NCBI GenBank assembly: GCA_963663545.1
Contig: OY760505.1
Location: 2,464,001 to 2,528,000, forward strand
Length of the DNA: 64,000 nt
DNA from: Candidatus Delongbacteria bacterium
Lineage (GTDB): Bacteria > CAIWAD01
Reading direction: 5' to 3'
Shown here: positions 17,386-26,830 of the stretch, one piece after another
How positions within the stretch are numbered: position 1 is the stretch's first letter
Layout of the letters: each line of letters begins with the position of its first letter
Made by a program: the position numbers and the translations under genes
Notes under the pieces: generated by a model
The model's input: the letters and a program-made list of their open reading frames with translations, nothing else
The model's database searches: none
Told to the model about the DNA's origin: nothing

Positions 17386-18378
17386 TACAAGACCTTCCAT
17401 CCGCTTGATGCGAATCATCTCCGCAGCAATACTGATCGCGATCTCTTCCGGTGTCACACTGCCGATTTCCAGGCCAATGGGCGAATGGACACGATCCAGA
17501 GCGTCCGCAGAGATGCCCTCGGCAAGCAAGTGCTGTCGCAGGCTGGCGACTTTGCTTTTGCTTCCAAGCATACCCAGGTAACGGTACTTCCGGTTGACCA
17601 ACAGACGTAGCACGGCTTCGTCATACTGGTGACCAAAGGTCATGATGCACACCCAGTTGCGCTGGCCTTCTGGAATGAAGGAGGTGATTTCGCCGTACTC
17701 CATTCCACTGTGACACGTGGCCCACTGGTTGGCCTGCATTGTGGGAACCTGCTCCCGATTGTCGAAGACGCTGATATTGAAGCCTAACTGATCCAGCACT
17801 CGTGAAAGCGCCAGGCTGACATGCCCACCCCCAACAATGTAGACGTGATCCAAGGTGCCAAGACTTAACTCGTAGCACCAGTCCAAGGGTTCACCCGTGT
17901 TACAGTTAGGACCGGCGCTCTCCCACCAGCGGTTGATGGGGGCCTCGCCATTCTCGTGGACGAAACGTATTCGACCGGGTTCGAGTACGAGGCGAACCGC
18001 TATCTCTTCACGCAGAAGACAACACAGCTCGCGAATGACGGGTAGCTCCTGCTTGCCCAGATAATGGATCAGGAAGGTCTGACTACCGGAGCAGATCATC
18101 CCTGATGCATCCTTGTCATCTGAGCCGTTGTGGTTCATGTGTATTACGCGACTTCGAGGTCCGCCTTCCCGCAACATGGCTTTGGCTATTTCTGCCAGTG
18201 AGTGTTCTGCACTACCGCCGCCGATTGTGCCGATCATATGACCCTTTTGATCCAGCAGCATGGCCGCACCCGGGCCGTTGGGTGTAGATCCGGTTGCCGC
18301 CGTAATTATAAGTAGGCAGACCGGACGACCCAGGCTTAACTCGCGGAGAGCGTAATTCCAAAGGCGAAGATTGATCAT
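17341..18378 (-). CDS. xdhC: XdhC/CoxI-family molybdenum cofactor insertion accessory protein
   Basis: Motifs 'GSTP..PGAAM', 'GTIGGG', 'GMICSG', 'GGGHVS', 'YLGMLGSKSK' and 'PIGLEIGSVTPEEIAISIAAE'. Confidence 0.88.
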   Translation of the reverse strand: MINLRLWNYALRELSLGRPVCLLIITAATGSTPNGPGAAMLLDQKGHMIGTIGGGSAEHSLAEIAKAMLREGGPRSRVIHMNHNGSDDKDASGMICSGSQTFLIHYLGKQELPVIRELCCLLREEIAVRLVLEPGRIRFVHENGEAPINRWWESAGPNCNTGEPLDWCYELSLGTLDHVYIVGGGHVSLALSRVLDQLGFNISVFDNREQVPTMQANQWATCHSGMEYGEITSFIPEGQRNWVCIMTFGHQYDEAVLRLLVNRKYRYLGMLGSKSKVASLRQHLLAEGISADALDRVHSPIGLEIGSVTPEEIAISIAAEMIRIKRMEGLVSQDFEQAREKTVEG

Positions 18379-18407
18379 GGGTACTGGACTCCACACTGAT
18401 GCAGTAG

Positions 18408-20666
18408 TTAACTCAACTCGTTGTGCAGAAAGCGATGCATGCGCTCATTGGTCATGGGAGCGTGATACAAAAGCTCTTTTCCCGGGAGTGCTGCGCGCAG
18501 TGCGTCCGCAATGGCGAACCAGGCACCGATACCGTACATCAGCGGCGGCTCGCCAAAGCCCTTTGTATGGAACACGGCGTGCTCGTTGTCCGAACCCGCA
18601 AGGAACTCTACGTGCAGCTTTTCCGGCATGGCGTGAATGTCGGGGACCTTGTACGTCGTCAACGAGTCATTAAGCAGGCGCCCTGCGGCTGTGTAGCGCA
18701 GCTCTTCCATTGTCATCCAGCCAAGTCCCTGAGCCAATGCGCCCTCTATCTGGCCAAGGTCCACAACAGGATCAAGCAGTTTGCCGCCATCGTGCGTGAT
18801 CCAGATTTCATCGAGCGTGGCTGTACCTAGCAGGCAGTCAACGGTTGCTTGTATTACGGCTGCGCCATAAACGTGATACGCGAAGGGGCTACCCTGCTCG
18901 CGTTCTTTGTCGTAGAAAATGCCCGGCGTGGCGTAGTAGGAGTGCGCGCTAAGATCTGTGCGGCTCCAATAGGCGCGATCCACCAGCTTCTGCCAGACCA
19001 GGGAGGTGGGCTGCCCCTTTGCCGTCACACATCCGTTCAGCAACTCCAGTTCGTCCAGCGGCACGGCGAGCTCTTTTTCTGCCACTTTCAGCAGACGCTC
19101 CCGCAGACTGCGACAGGCAAAGAGCACGGCCATGCCATTCAAGTCAGTGGCTGTGCTGGCTGCCGTCGGCGACGTGTTGGCTACGCGACGTGTGTGTGTC
19201 GGGTCCACCTGTACTAGATCCAGGTCAATGCCCAACGTCGTTGCAGCAATACGACGCAGCTTCATGTTGACGCCCTGGCCCATTTCGACGGCGGCTGCGT
19301 TGAGACTGACGCTGCCATCGTTGTAGATGTGCACCAGCGCACCAGCCTGGTTCAGCGCTGTATTGGTGAAGGAGATGCCAAAACAGATGGGCATCATAGC
19401 CAACCCGCGCTTGTAGCGTGGTTCGCGTGCATTGTGCTCATCTGCACTTCTACGCAGCTCTACCCATTTGCACTGCTGTAACACAGCGTCAACGCAGGCC
19501 ACAGTTCGCACGTGTCGAGCCGGCTGGCCGTAGTGAAAGCGGTCGCCCTCTTGCAGAAGATTAAGACGCTGCAATTCCAGTGTATCACGACCAAGTTCGG
19601 TGGCCGCTTTTGCCAGGGCTGCTTCGATAACGAACATCGCTTGCGGTCCGCCAAAGCCGCGAAAGGCCGTATTCGGCGCAAGATTGGTCTTGCAGCAGTG
19701 CACGGTGATACGCGCATTCGGCAGGCGGTAGACGTTGCCCGCATGCAGCAAGGTGCGCTCCATGATGGCCGTGGAGAGATCGGCAGCCGCGCCGGAATTC
19801 TGGAAGAACTCGGCTTCGAAGGCCACGATCTTTCCCTGCTCGTCCAGGCCCAGTTTGAAGTCTGTGCTGTAGGGATGCCGCTTGCCGGTAGCTCGTACGT
19901 CTTCATGGCGTCGCAGAACGATCTTTGCCGCACGGCCTGTGTGACGCGCGGCGAGGGCGGCCATTGCTGCCCAAGCTGTGGCCTGATCCTCTTTTCCACC
20001 AAAGGCACCACCCAGGCGACGCACTTCTACCTCTACTAGATGCATGGGAAGTCCGAGTACGCCAGCAATGCCTTTCTGAACCGCAGTGGGCGATTGCGTG
20101 GAGGAGTAGACGGTGACACGTCCGCGCTCATCGGGAAGCACCATGGCAGCCTGAACCTCCAGGTAGAGATGCTCCTGGCCGCCGCTCTCCGTGCTTCCGC
20201 TGATGATTCTGCTGCACTGACTCCAGGCCGAGTCTGTATCACCGCAGGCTACAGTTCGCGAAGGTGCCACAAAGTAGCCGCGAGCCGCTGCTGCACGTGC
20301 ATCCAGAATGGGCTCCAACTCTTCGATGTCGAGTTTCACCTTGGCCGCTGCAGCGCGCGCCAGCTCGGCGTTTTCCGCAACCACGAGAGCCACAACCTGA
20401 CCGATAAAGTGCACTTCGCCATCTGCCAGCAGCGCTTCGTCCTGTACGATGGTGCCCACCTGGTTCACACCAGGGATATCCTTTGCACCAAGCACGGCCA
20501 CGATTCCCGGTATGCCCTGAAGTGCTGATGTGTCACAGTTCCTAATATGGCCGTGTGCCACAGGGGAGAAGACGGGCACTACATGTAGCAATCCGGCGGG
20601 TTCGGGTAGATCATCCAGAAAGAGGCTTTCGCCGCGTACGTGATGATAGGTGTCGGTGTTGCTCAT
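18408..20666 (-). CDS. xdhB: Xanthine dehydrogenase molybdopterin-binding subunit
   Basis: Motifs 'GQEHLYLE', 'RRLGGAFGGKE', 'TAFRGFGGPQ', 'EMGQG', 'GQIEG' and 'GEPPL'. Confidence 0.92.
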   Translation of the reverse strand: MSNTDTYHHVRGESLFLDDLPEPAGLLHVVPVFSPVAHGHIRNCDTSALQGIPGIVAVLGAKDIPGVNQVGTIVQDEALLADGEVHFIGQVVALVVAENAELARAAAAKVKLDIEELEPILDARAAAARGYFVAPSRTVACGDTDSAWSQCSRIISGSTESGGQEHLYLEVQAAMVLPDERGRVTVYSSTQSPTAVQKGIAGVLGLPMHLVEVEVRRLGGAFGGKEDQATAWAAMAALAARHTGRAAKIVLRRHEDVRATGKRHPYSTDFKLGLDEQGKIVAFEAEFFQNSGAAADLSTAIMERTLLHAGNVYRLPNARITVHCCKTNLAPNTAFRGFGGPQAMFVIEAALAKAATELGRDTLELQRLNLLQEGDRFHYGQPARHVRTVACVDAVLQQCKWVELRRSADEHNAREPRYKRGLAMMPICFGISFTNTALNQAGALVHIYNDGSVSLNAAAVEMGQGVNMKLRRIAATTLGIDLDLVQVDPTHTRRVANTSPTAASTATDLNGMAVLFACRSLRERLLKVAEKELAVPLDELELLNGCVTAKGQPTSLVWQKLVDRAYWSRTDLSAHSYYATPGIFYDKEREQGSPFAYHVYGAAVIQATVDCLLGTATLDEIWITHDGGKLLDPVVDLGQIEGALAQGLGWMTMEELRYTAAGRLLNDSLTTYKVPDIHAMPEKLHVEFLAGSDNEHAVFHTKGFGEPPLMYGIGAWFAIADALRAALPGKELLYHAPMTNERMHRFLHNELS

Positions 20667-22069
20667 GCTTCCTCCCCGCGACGGCTAAAGAGCTTTTCAA
20701 AATGCGCGCACACCAATCGTCCCAGCAGATCCCGCTTGTATTCGGCGCTGCCGCGCACATCGTCAATGGGACTAACTTCGGCGCAGGCTGACTCTACGGC
20801 TTCCGCCACCAGAGCTTCACACAGGCTCCTGCCGCACAGGGCTGCCGATGTCTTGCGCAACAGCAGGGGAACCGGAGCGACGCCACCGGCTGAGATCCGG
20901 CAGTGTTGTATCACATCTCCATCCAGCTGTAGCCAAAGCGCGGAGTTTACGGCGGCAATATCCAGGTGCTTACGCTGTGACACTTTTTCGAAGTTGAAGA
21001 AGGTGCTTTCGTCCGGCAGCGGGACGCTCACGCTGTGAATCAACTCGCCGGGCTGTAGATCCAGCTGCTTGTAGCCCAGGAAGAAATCCTCCAGCGGCAG
21101 CTCGCGCTTTGTATCACCCTGCTCAAGCAACAGACGTCCACCGAGGGCCAATAGCATGATGCTCAGATCGCCAATGGGGGAAGCATTGACCAGGTTGCCG
21201 CCAATGGAAGCGCGGCGGCGAATAAGTTGCGAACTGATCAGTCTCAGTTGCTGCAACAGGCCGGGATAGGCCGAGAGCACCAGTTGGCTGCGCAGCAGCT
21301 CTTCGGCTGTCACCGCTGCTCCCAGGCTCAGGTGCTGGTTGTGCTCTTCGATGAGGTGTAGATCGGGGCGCCGGGAGAGCAGCTGCAGCTCTGTATCACG
21401 AAGCTGGTCCGCCTTTTGCACAAAGAGGTCCGTACCCCCCGCAATGACTACTCCTTCACGTGATACAGGAGCGGGTTCAATGGACTCCAGCAACTGGGCT
21501 GCACGCAGGAAATGCTCGGGTAACACACCGGCACCCACCAGCCAGGGAATGCGCTTCGCGTGATCCAAGGGCATGTTGGCAAAGGCGTCAACGATCTTCT
21601 CGAGCGCGCGACGAATAGCCGCATAACCCGTGCAGCGGCAGATCTGGCCCTCGACGGCGGCCAGTGCCTCCTCCATGGTAATGGCAGGGGCAGCCAGGAG
21701 AAAACCCGTCAGCGCTACAATGAAGCCGGGTGTGCAGAAGCCGCACTGGGTAGCGCCCTCGTCCACAAAAGCCTGCTGGATCGGTGAAAGCCCTTCGCCG
21801 TTGAGTCCTTCAATGGTGACCAGGTGACATCCGGCCAACTCGGCGGCAGGCAGCAGGCAGGAGGCCACGGCTCCGTAGCGGACGCAAGGCGCAGAACCCT
21901 GCGGGTCGAGCTTGCCCAGCAACACCGTGCACGCGCCGCAGTCGCCCTCGCGGCAACCTTCCTTAGTTCCCTTCAGTCCCGTATCACGCCGGATTACATC
22001 CAGTACAACCTTTCCGGGTGGTAATTCCAACTCGCAGAGGCTGTGGTTCAGCAGGAAGTTCAGTTTCAC
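20663..22069 (-). CDS. xdhA: Xanthine dehydrogenase small subunit (2x[2Fe-2S] plus FAD domains)
   Basis: Motifs 'GTKEGCREGDCGACTV', 'QCGFCTPG', 'CRCTGY', 'AGGTD' and 'GGNLVNASPIGD'. Confidence 0.92.
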   Translation of the reverse strand: MKLNFLLNHSLCELELPPGKVVLDVIRRDTGLKGTKEGCREGDCGACTVLLGKLDPQGSAPCVRYGAVASCLLPAAELAGCHLVTIEGLNGEGLSPIQQAFVDEGATQCGFCTPGFIVALTGFLLAAPAITMEEALAAVEGQICRCTGYAAIRRALEKIVDAFANMPLDHAKRIPWLVGAGVLPEHFLRAAQLLESIEPAPVSREGVVIAGGTDLFVQKADQLRDTELQLLSRRPDLHLIEEHNQHLSLGAAVTAEELLRSQLVLSAYPGLLQQLRLISSQLIRRRASIGGNLVNASPIGDLSIMLLALGGRLLLEQGDTKRELPLEDFFLGYKQLDLQPGELIHSVSVPLPDESTFFNFEKVSQRKHLDIAAVNSALWLQLDGDVIQHCRISAGGVAPVPLLLRKTSAALCGRSLCEALVAEAVESACAEVSPIDDVRGSAEYKRDLLGRLVCAHFEKLFSRRGEEA

Positions 22070-22363
22070 CTTGTACGTCCTTGTTTTTGTGCACTACAAG
22101 ATAAGGCCCGCAGTGGAGTCATGCAGTCACTGATGGCCGACCTCCAGCTTTGATGAGAAGGGCGAATTGTGGTCAAGAACCGGCGGATCGAACACACTTT
22201 CCGGCAGTGCAAAGAGATTGGGAGACAAACTAAAGCTGCGAAAACGATGAAAAATCAATGAATAACGAGGCTTAGATGCTGGATGAAACACTGTGCAAAG
22301 AATGGCACAAGGCTTGCTGAAGACGCTACAGCAAAACTAATCATCGTATTGAGAAATGAAATC

Positions 22364-24550
22364 ATGAAGAACTTGCATTGGCTGATCCTCTTCCTCTTGC
22401 TGTTTGCCTCCTCCGTGTTCGCTGACATTCGCAGCAATGCCGGGGATTTCGATTGTGGCACACTGTTCAACACCAACTCTTACACGACCGGGCGAAACCA
22501 GACCCTCATTCCCGCAGAGCTGATCCGGTACTCGCTGGACAGTAACACAATCACCGGACTTACACTCACCATGGAGGATGTAACGCCACGCGCTTTTGCC
22601 CGTTGGCGCATTTCCATGATGAACACCAGTCTCCACGAAGCGGACGCACTGACTTTCCAGCCTTTGAGCCAGCTTACGGAAGTCTTCGAGAGCACCGACA
22701 TTGTCACTCGCTTCTACGACATCAATATCACCTTCCAAACACCCTTCGTTTGGGATGGCCATTCAAATCTGCTGATCGATTTTGGCTGGGAGACCGACGC
22801 GGCCTTAGGGATCAACACTAACATCGCCGGTGCCTGGACAACCGCCGGTGGGCGAATGCTGGTCAATGCGGCTTTCGGCTACAGCGGGGTCAACGAGGAC
22901 CTGGTTACACCCTTTGGCAGATATCAGGCTGTGCCGCGTTACATCCTGCAGGGTGTGAATTACCTCGCTCCCGATTTTGGCATCGGCCAGCACAGCAGCA
23001 ATGGTGACATGATTGTGCCCTTTGGAAGTCACTGGCGCGCAGAACCCGGTTTTTCGCTGAGCATGGACGATGGGACCGAGTTCTATATCTATGGCAACGC
23101 CGAGTTCGCTGGCCAGCCAGGGGATAGCATTTTCTTCGAGTTTGCTGGTTGGTCCTCAATTCGTGTGAAGGAAGGCGGCAGCCTGGACGCGCAGTATTGC
23201 AACATCAGCGGTGGCGGGATTGCTGCGAGCGACGCAAGCTTGCACTTGGAGCATAGTTGGATTCATCACTCCCGAGGATTCGGACTGTATTGTTCCGGCA
23301 ACGAGCTGTGCGACGCGAGCGTGAAAGAGCTTCGTATCAGCTCCTGCGACATCGCTTGGTACAACGCAGCCCTGGCGATCACGGGCATGACCCAGATCGA
23401 GCTGAGTCGTGTGATCCTGGATCACAACTATGGTAACACGAAGCCGGTGCTGGTGCGTTGTGGCTTGCCGGTGCTCCTCGATCGGCTTACCGTTATGGAC
23501 AATTCCAACGGCTATGAATCTTGGATTCAGACTCGCGGCACACGTAACACGCTTATCCGTAATAGCATTCTCTGGCAGCCAGGCGTTCCGCTATTGGAGG
23601 CCAGGAACAGCAGCCAACTGATTTTGCAGAACTGCGTCGTCTCGGATAACGGTGAGAGCGCCGAGGGCAATGTGGTCCTGTCCAGCGGCAACCTTTTTAC
23701 CGAACCCGAGATGTACACCGACGGCAGCTACCGTCCGTGGTACGACAGCGAAGTCATCGACGCCGGCTACCCCTACAGCGAGCCCGATCCCGACGGCACA
23801 CGCGCTGACATCGGTGCGGTCTACGACGACCAGTCTTCGCCGCGTTTTGAAGACAGTGCCGACGTGCCCGACGATCAGGGGCGCCAGGTGCAGATTGTCT
23901 GGGAGTCCAGCTCGCTGGATCGCACTCAGGTCAACCCAGACTGGTTCTACAGCGTCTGGCGCCTGGACGACAACTACGGACAGGTCGACCGTGCCGCCAC
24001 CGTGTATCACAGCTTGAACGAGGCAGCAGCCGAGGCTGCGCGCGTGGCGGGGCAGGGCGTGCTGGTGCAGGATGTCGCCATCGACGGAAGTCGTGACGAT
24101 GTGCCCGTTGTGCTGACCTTCCTGACCGAAGTGCCATGCGTCCAGCTTGACTATTACTCCGTGACCGTTCCTTCTGCCGTGGACGGTCTGGCTACCTTCT
24201 ACGTCGTATTCTGGCACGGCCCTGGAGAACCGGTGAATACGGCCGGTCAGGCGACGAGCTACGACAACCTCGCTCCTGATGCTGTTAGCTCCGTTGCGCT
24301 GGCACCACGTGACACAGAAACCCTGCGTCTGCACTGGGACGAGGTTAGCACGGGTACAGCTTCCGACGGAACGCGACTGCCCGAGTTGAACGGCGTGTGG
24401 TACAAGGTGTATCACTGCGATCAGCCCTACTTCGATCTCGACGAAGGCACTTTGCTGGGCGTTGTCGACAGCCCGGAGCTACTGCTGCCAATGCCTTCCG
24501 GCAACATGCGCGCCTTCTACCGCATCGTCGCTGTGGACGTGCTTAAGTAG
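22364..24550 (+). CDS. Secreted right-handed beta-helix protein, paralogue 1
   Basis: Signal peptide MKNLHWL, beta-helix-like repeats, 'DPDGTRADIGA', 'DVPDDQG' and tail 'ELNGV.YKVYH...FYRIVA'. Confidence 0.8.
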   Translation: MKNLHWLILFLLLFASSVFADIRSNAGDFDCGTLFNTNSYTTGRNQTLIPAELIRYSLDSNTITGLTLTMEDVTPRAFARWRISMMNTSLHEADALTFQPLSQLTEVFESTDIVTRFYDINITFQTPFVWDGHSNLLIDFGWETDAALGINTNIAGAWTTAGGRMLVNAAFGYSGVNEDLVTPFGRYQAVPRYILQGVNYLAPDFGIGQHSSNGDMIVPFGSHWRAEPGFSLSMDDGTEFYIYGNAEFAGQPGDSIFFEFAGWSSIRVKEGGSLDAQYCNISGGGIAASDASLHLEHSWIHHSRGFGLYCSGNELCDASVKELRISSCDIAWYNAALAITGMTQIELSRVILDHNYGNTKPVLVRCGLPVLLDRLTVMDNSNGYESWIQTRGTRNTLIRNSILWQPGVPLLEARNSSQLILQNCVVSDNGESAEGNVVLSSGNLFTEPEMYTDGSYRPWYDSEVIDAGYPYSEPDPDGTRADIGAVYDDQSSPRFEDSADVPDDQGRQVQIVWESSSLDRTQVNPDWFYSVWRLDDNYGQVDRAATVYHSLNEAAAEAARVAGQGVLVQDVAIDGSRDDVPVVLTFLTEVPCVQLDYYSVTVPSAVDGLATFYVVFWHGPGEPVNTAGQATSYDNLAPDAVSSVALAPRDTETLRLHWDEVSTGTASDGTRLPELNGVWYKVYHCDQPYFDLDEGTLLGVVDSPELLLPMPSGNMRAFYRIVAVDVLK

Positions 24551-24638
24551 CCGTCAAAAAAATAGCCACTGCCGAGTGGCGTGATACGATTTGTAAGTAT
24601 TCGACAGGGGACGCGAGTCCCCTTTTCTGGAGGTTTCT

Positions 24639-26810
24639 ATGCGCTCTCTGCTCGCCTTTGTTTCACTTTGTGTGCTTGCCGGACTGGCGCAGGCTGCCAT
24701 GCCCGTTGGTGAGCTGACAAGCTCTACACCCAATGTGTTACGCACGACCAGATCAGACTGCCGCTGCCAGTTCATTCTGCGCGAGGATGAGATGATTGGC
24801 GATTTCGAAATGGCCGGCAGCATCAGCGCGCTTTCGCTTTACATCGATTCGATCTTTGGCGCCTCGGAGTTCTCGCTGACCCTCCGACTTGCTACGACTT
24901 CGGAAGACTGCTACGACACGGATACCTTTCTGCTGCCTAACGGCGGCGCATGGACGACGGTGATCAACGGCACCACGTACACGACAGAGACTCTCGCTAC
25001 TGATAGCTGGAAGTTCTTCTACTTCGATCAGAGCTATCCCTATTACAGCGGTAATCTGCTGGTGGACCTGTGCCTGGAGATCAGCACAATGGGCAACACC
25101 ATTGTTGTAGGCAGCAGCAGCCAGGAGTGCTACTCGGTGATTGAAGTACACGAAGACCTTGCCAGCGGAAACCTGCTGGACGCTAGCACAGGCAACCGAT
25201 CCACCAATCGTCCATCAGTGCTGCTCTGGGGACCCGCCGATCTGCTTCCAGAGCACCTCAGCGTGTGGGACAATCCCGTGTACTTGCGCGGGGAAACGCG
25301 TGTCGCTTCAGGGACCATCACTGTAGTGGACCCGGGTGTGGAGTTTGTCTGCGGACCTTGGGCCCAGCTGACTTGCCCCGGTACTTTGCTTGCCGAGGGT
25401 ACCGCGTCGGACAGCATCGTCTTTCGAGCAGCTGATCCGGCATTGGGTTGGAGGTATTTGTTTCTTGGCCGTACGACGGTCATGAGTCACGTCGATGTCT
25501 CCGGCATGACGAACCGGAGCAGCTTCAGCAGGGATGCGCAGATCAGTCAGTGCCGCTTTCATCACAATTCCGGTGAGCCTGTTTTTGAGTTCTCGGACAG
25601 CGGAACTCTGGACTTGTCGCAGCTACGGCTGGATCACAACACCGGTACACTGTTCAACGTGGAGTATTACGGTTACTTGCCCGTGCTGCGAATGGACCAC
25701 TGTCTGCTGGATCACAATCTGTCGACGATTGTGGGAGGCAGCATGCTGATGACCGGCTGGGGCGGACACATCGAACTCGAGAACTGCACGCTGGCGGATA
25801 ATGAGTACGACAACCTGGTGGAGCTCTACGGCACCGAGTTCAATCTGCAGGCCGTGCACTGCTTATTCGCCAACCCGGCCATTGAGAACCCCTGCAGCGA
25901 TAATCGTCCCGTGTTCCACTACTGCGCCAGCGAGCAGGACATTGATGCCAGCCCTGCCAATTGGGACTCCGGTTGTCTTACCGTCGCTCCGGAATTTGTC
26001 GATCGCGAAAGCGGCGACTACCGCTTGCAGATGAGCTCCGATGTGATCGATGCGGGTCATCCGTCGTATCACGATGCGGACCTGACAAGGCTTGATCCGG
26101 GTGCCTTCTTCTATGACCAGCGCGCGCCGCGCATGGATCCGAGCCAGGATGTGCCCGACGACCAGGGACACGCCGTCATCGTCGGTTGGTTGGCCAATAG
26201 CGTCAACCGTATCGCCGGACCAAGCGCTGACGCCTTCTACAGTGTGTGGCGCAGAGATGCCGAGACGGGAAATCGTGCACTGGTCTTCGCTGATTTCAAC
26301 GAGGCGACTGCCTACGCCGTGACACATCCTGACCAGCCGGTGTGCGTCGGCGCAGAGCGTGACGGTGTGTGGACTTTCGTGAGTCAGGTGCCAACGGTAG
26401 ATGTGGATGCGTATCAGCTTATCGCTCCCACCTTGGCGGATGAGGTGAACTACGCCTTTCGCGTCTTCTATCACGACCCGCAGGTGGTGATTGGCAGTAT
26501 GGAGATGTATGCACTGAGCGTGGACAATACACCGCCGGACTCACCCGTAGGTATGCGTATTACAGGTAGTCATGAGTCACTGCGACTGAGCTGGAATGCT
26601 GTTGAGACCGGCACCTCCAGCGAAGGACGCAGCCTGCCGGAGCTGAACGGCGTGAACTACCGCGTGTATCACCACGCGACGAATCCCTGGTTTGAGCTGG
26701 AGGACGGCGACTACCTGGGAACCGTCAACGGAACGTCGATTTCTCTGCCGACGCCCACAGGGAATGCGCGCGGCTTCTATCGCGTTGTCGCACAGGATAG
26801 CGCGGAGTAA
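24639..26810 (+). CDS. Secreted right-handed beta-helix protein, paralogue 2
   Basis: GGAGG RBS, signal peptide and the same motif order ('DAGHP', 'DVPDDQG', 'ELNGVNYRVYH', 'FYRVVA'). Confidence 0.8.
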   Translation: MRSLLAFVSLCVLAGLAQAAMPVGELTSSTPNVLRTTRSDCRCQFILREDEMIGDFEMAGSISALSLYIDSIFGASEFSLTLRLATTSEDCYDTDTFLLPNGGAWTTVINGTTYTTETLATDSWKFFYFDQSYPYYSGNLLVDLCLEISTMGNTIVVGSSSQECYSVIEVHEDLASGNLLDASTGNRSTNRPSVLLWGPADLLPEHLSVWDNPVYLRGETRVASGTITVVDPGVEFVCGPWAQLTCPGTLLAEGTASDSIVFRAADPALGWRYLFLGRTTVMSHVDVSGMTNRSSFSRDAQISQCRFHHNSGEPVFEFSDSGTLDLSQLRLDHNTGTLFNVEYYGYLPVLRMDHCLLDHNLSTIVGGSMLMTGWGGHIELENCTLADNEYDNLVELYGTEFNLQAVHCLFANPAIENPCSDNRPVFHYCASEQDIDASPANWDSGCLTVAPEFVDRESGDYRLQMSSDVIDAGHPSYHDADLTRLDPGAFFYDQRAPRMDPSQDVPDDQGHAVIVGWLANSVNRIAGPSADAFYSVWRRDAETGNRALVFADFNEATAYAVTHPDQPVCVGAERDGVWTFVSQVPTVDVDAYQLIAPTLADEVNYAFRVFYHDPQVVIGSMEMYALSVDNTPPDSPVGMRITGSHESLRLSWNAVETGTSSEGRSLPELNGVNYRVYHHATNPWFELEDGDYLGTVNGTSISLPTPTGNARGFYRVVAQDSAE

Positions 26811-26830
26811 CCAGAATCGGGGGAGGTTGT

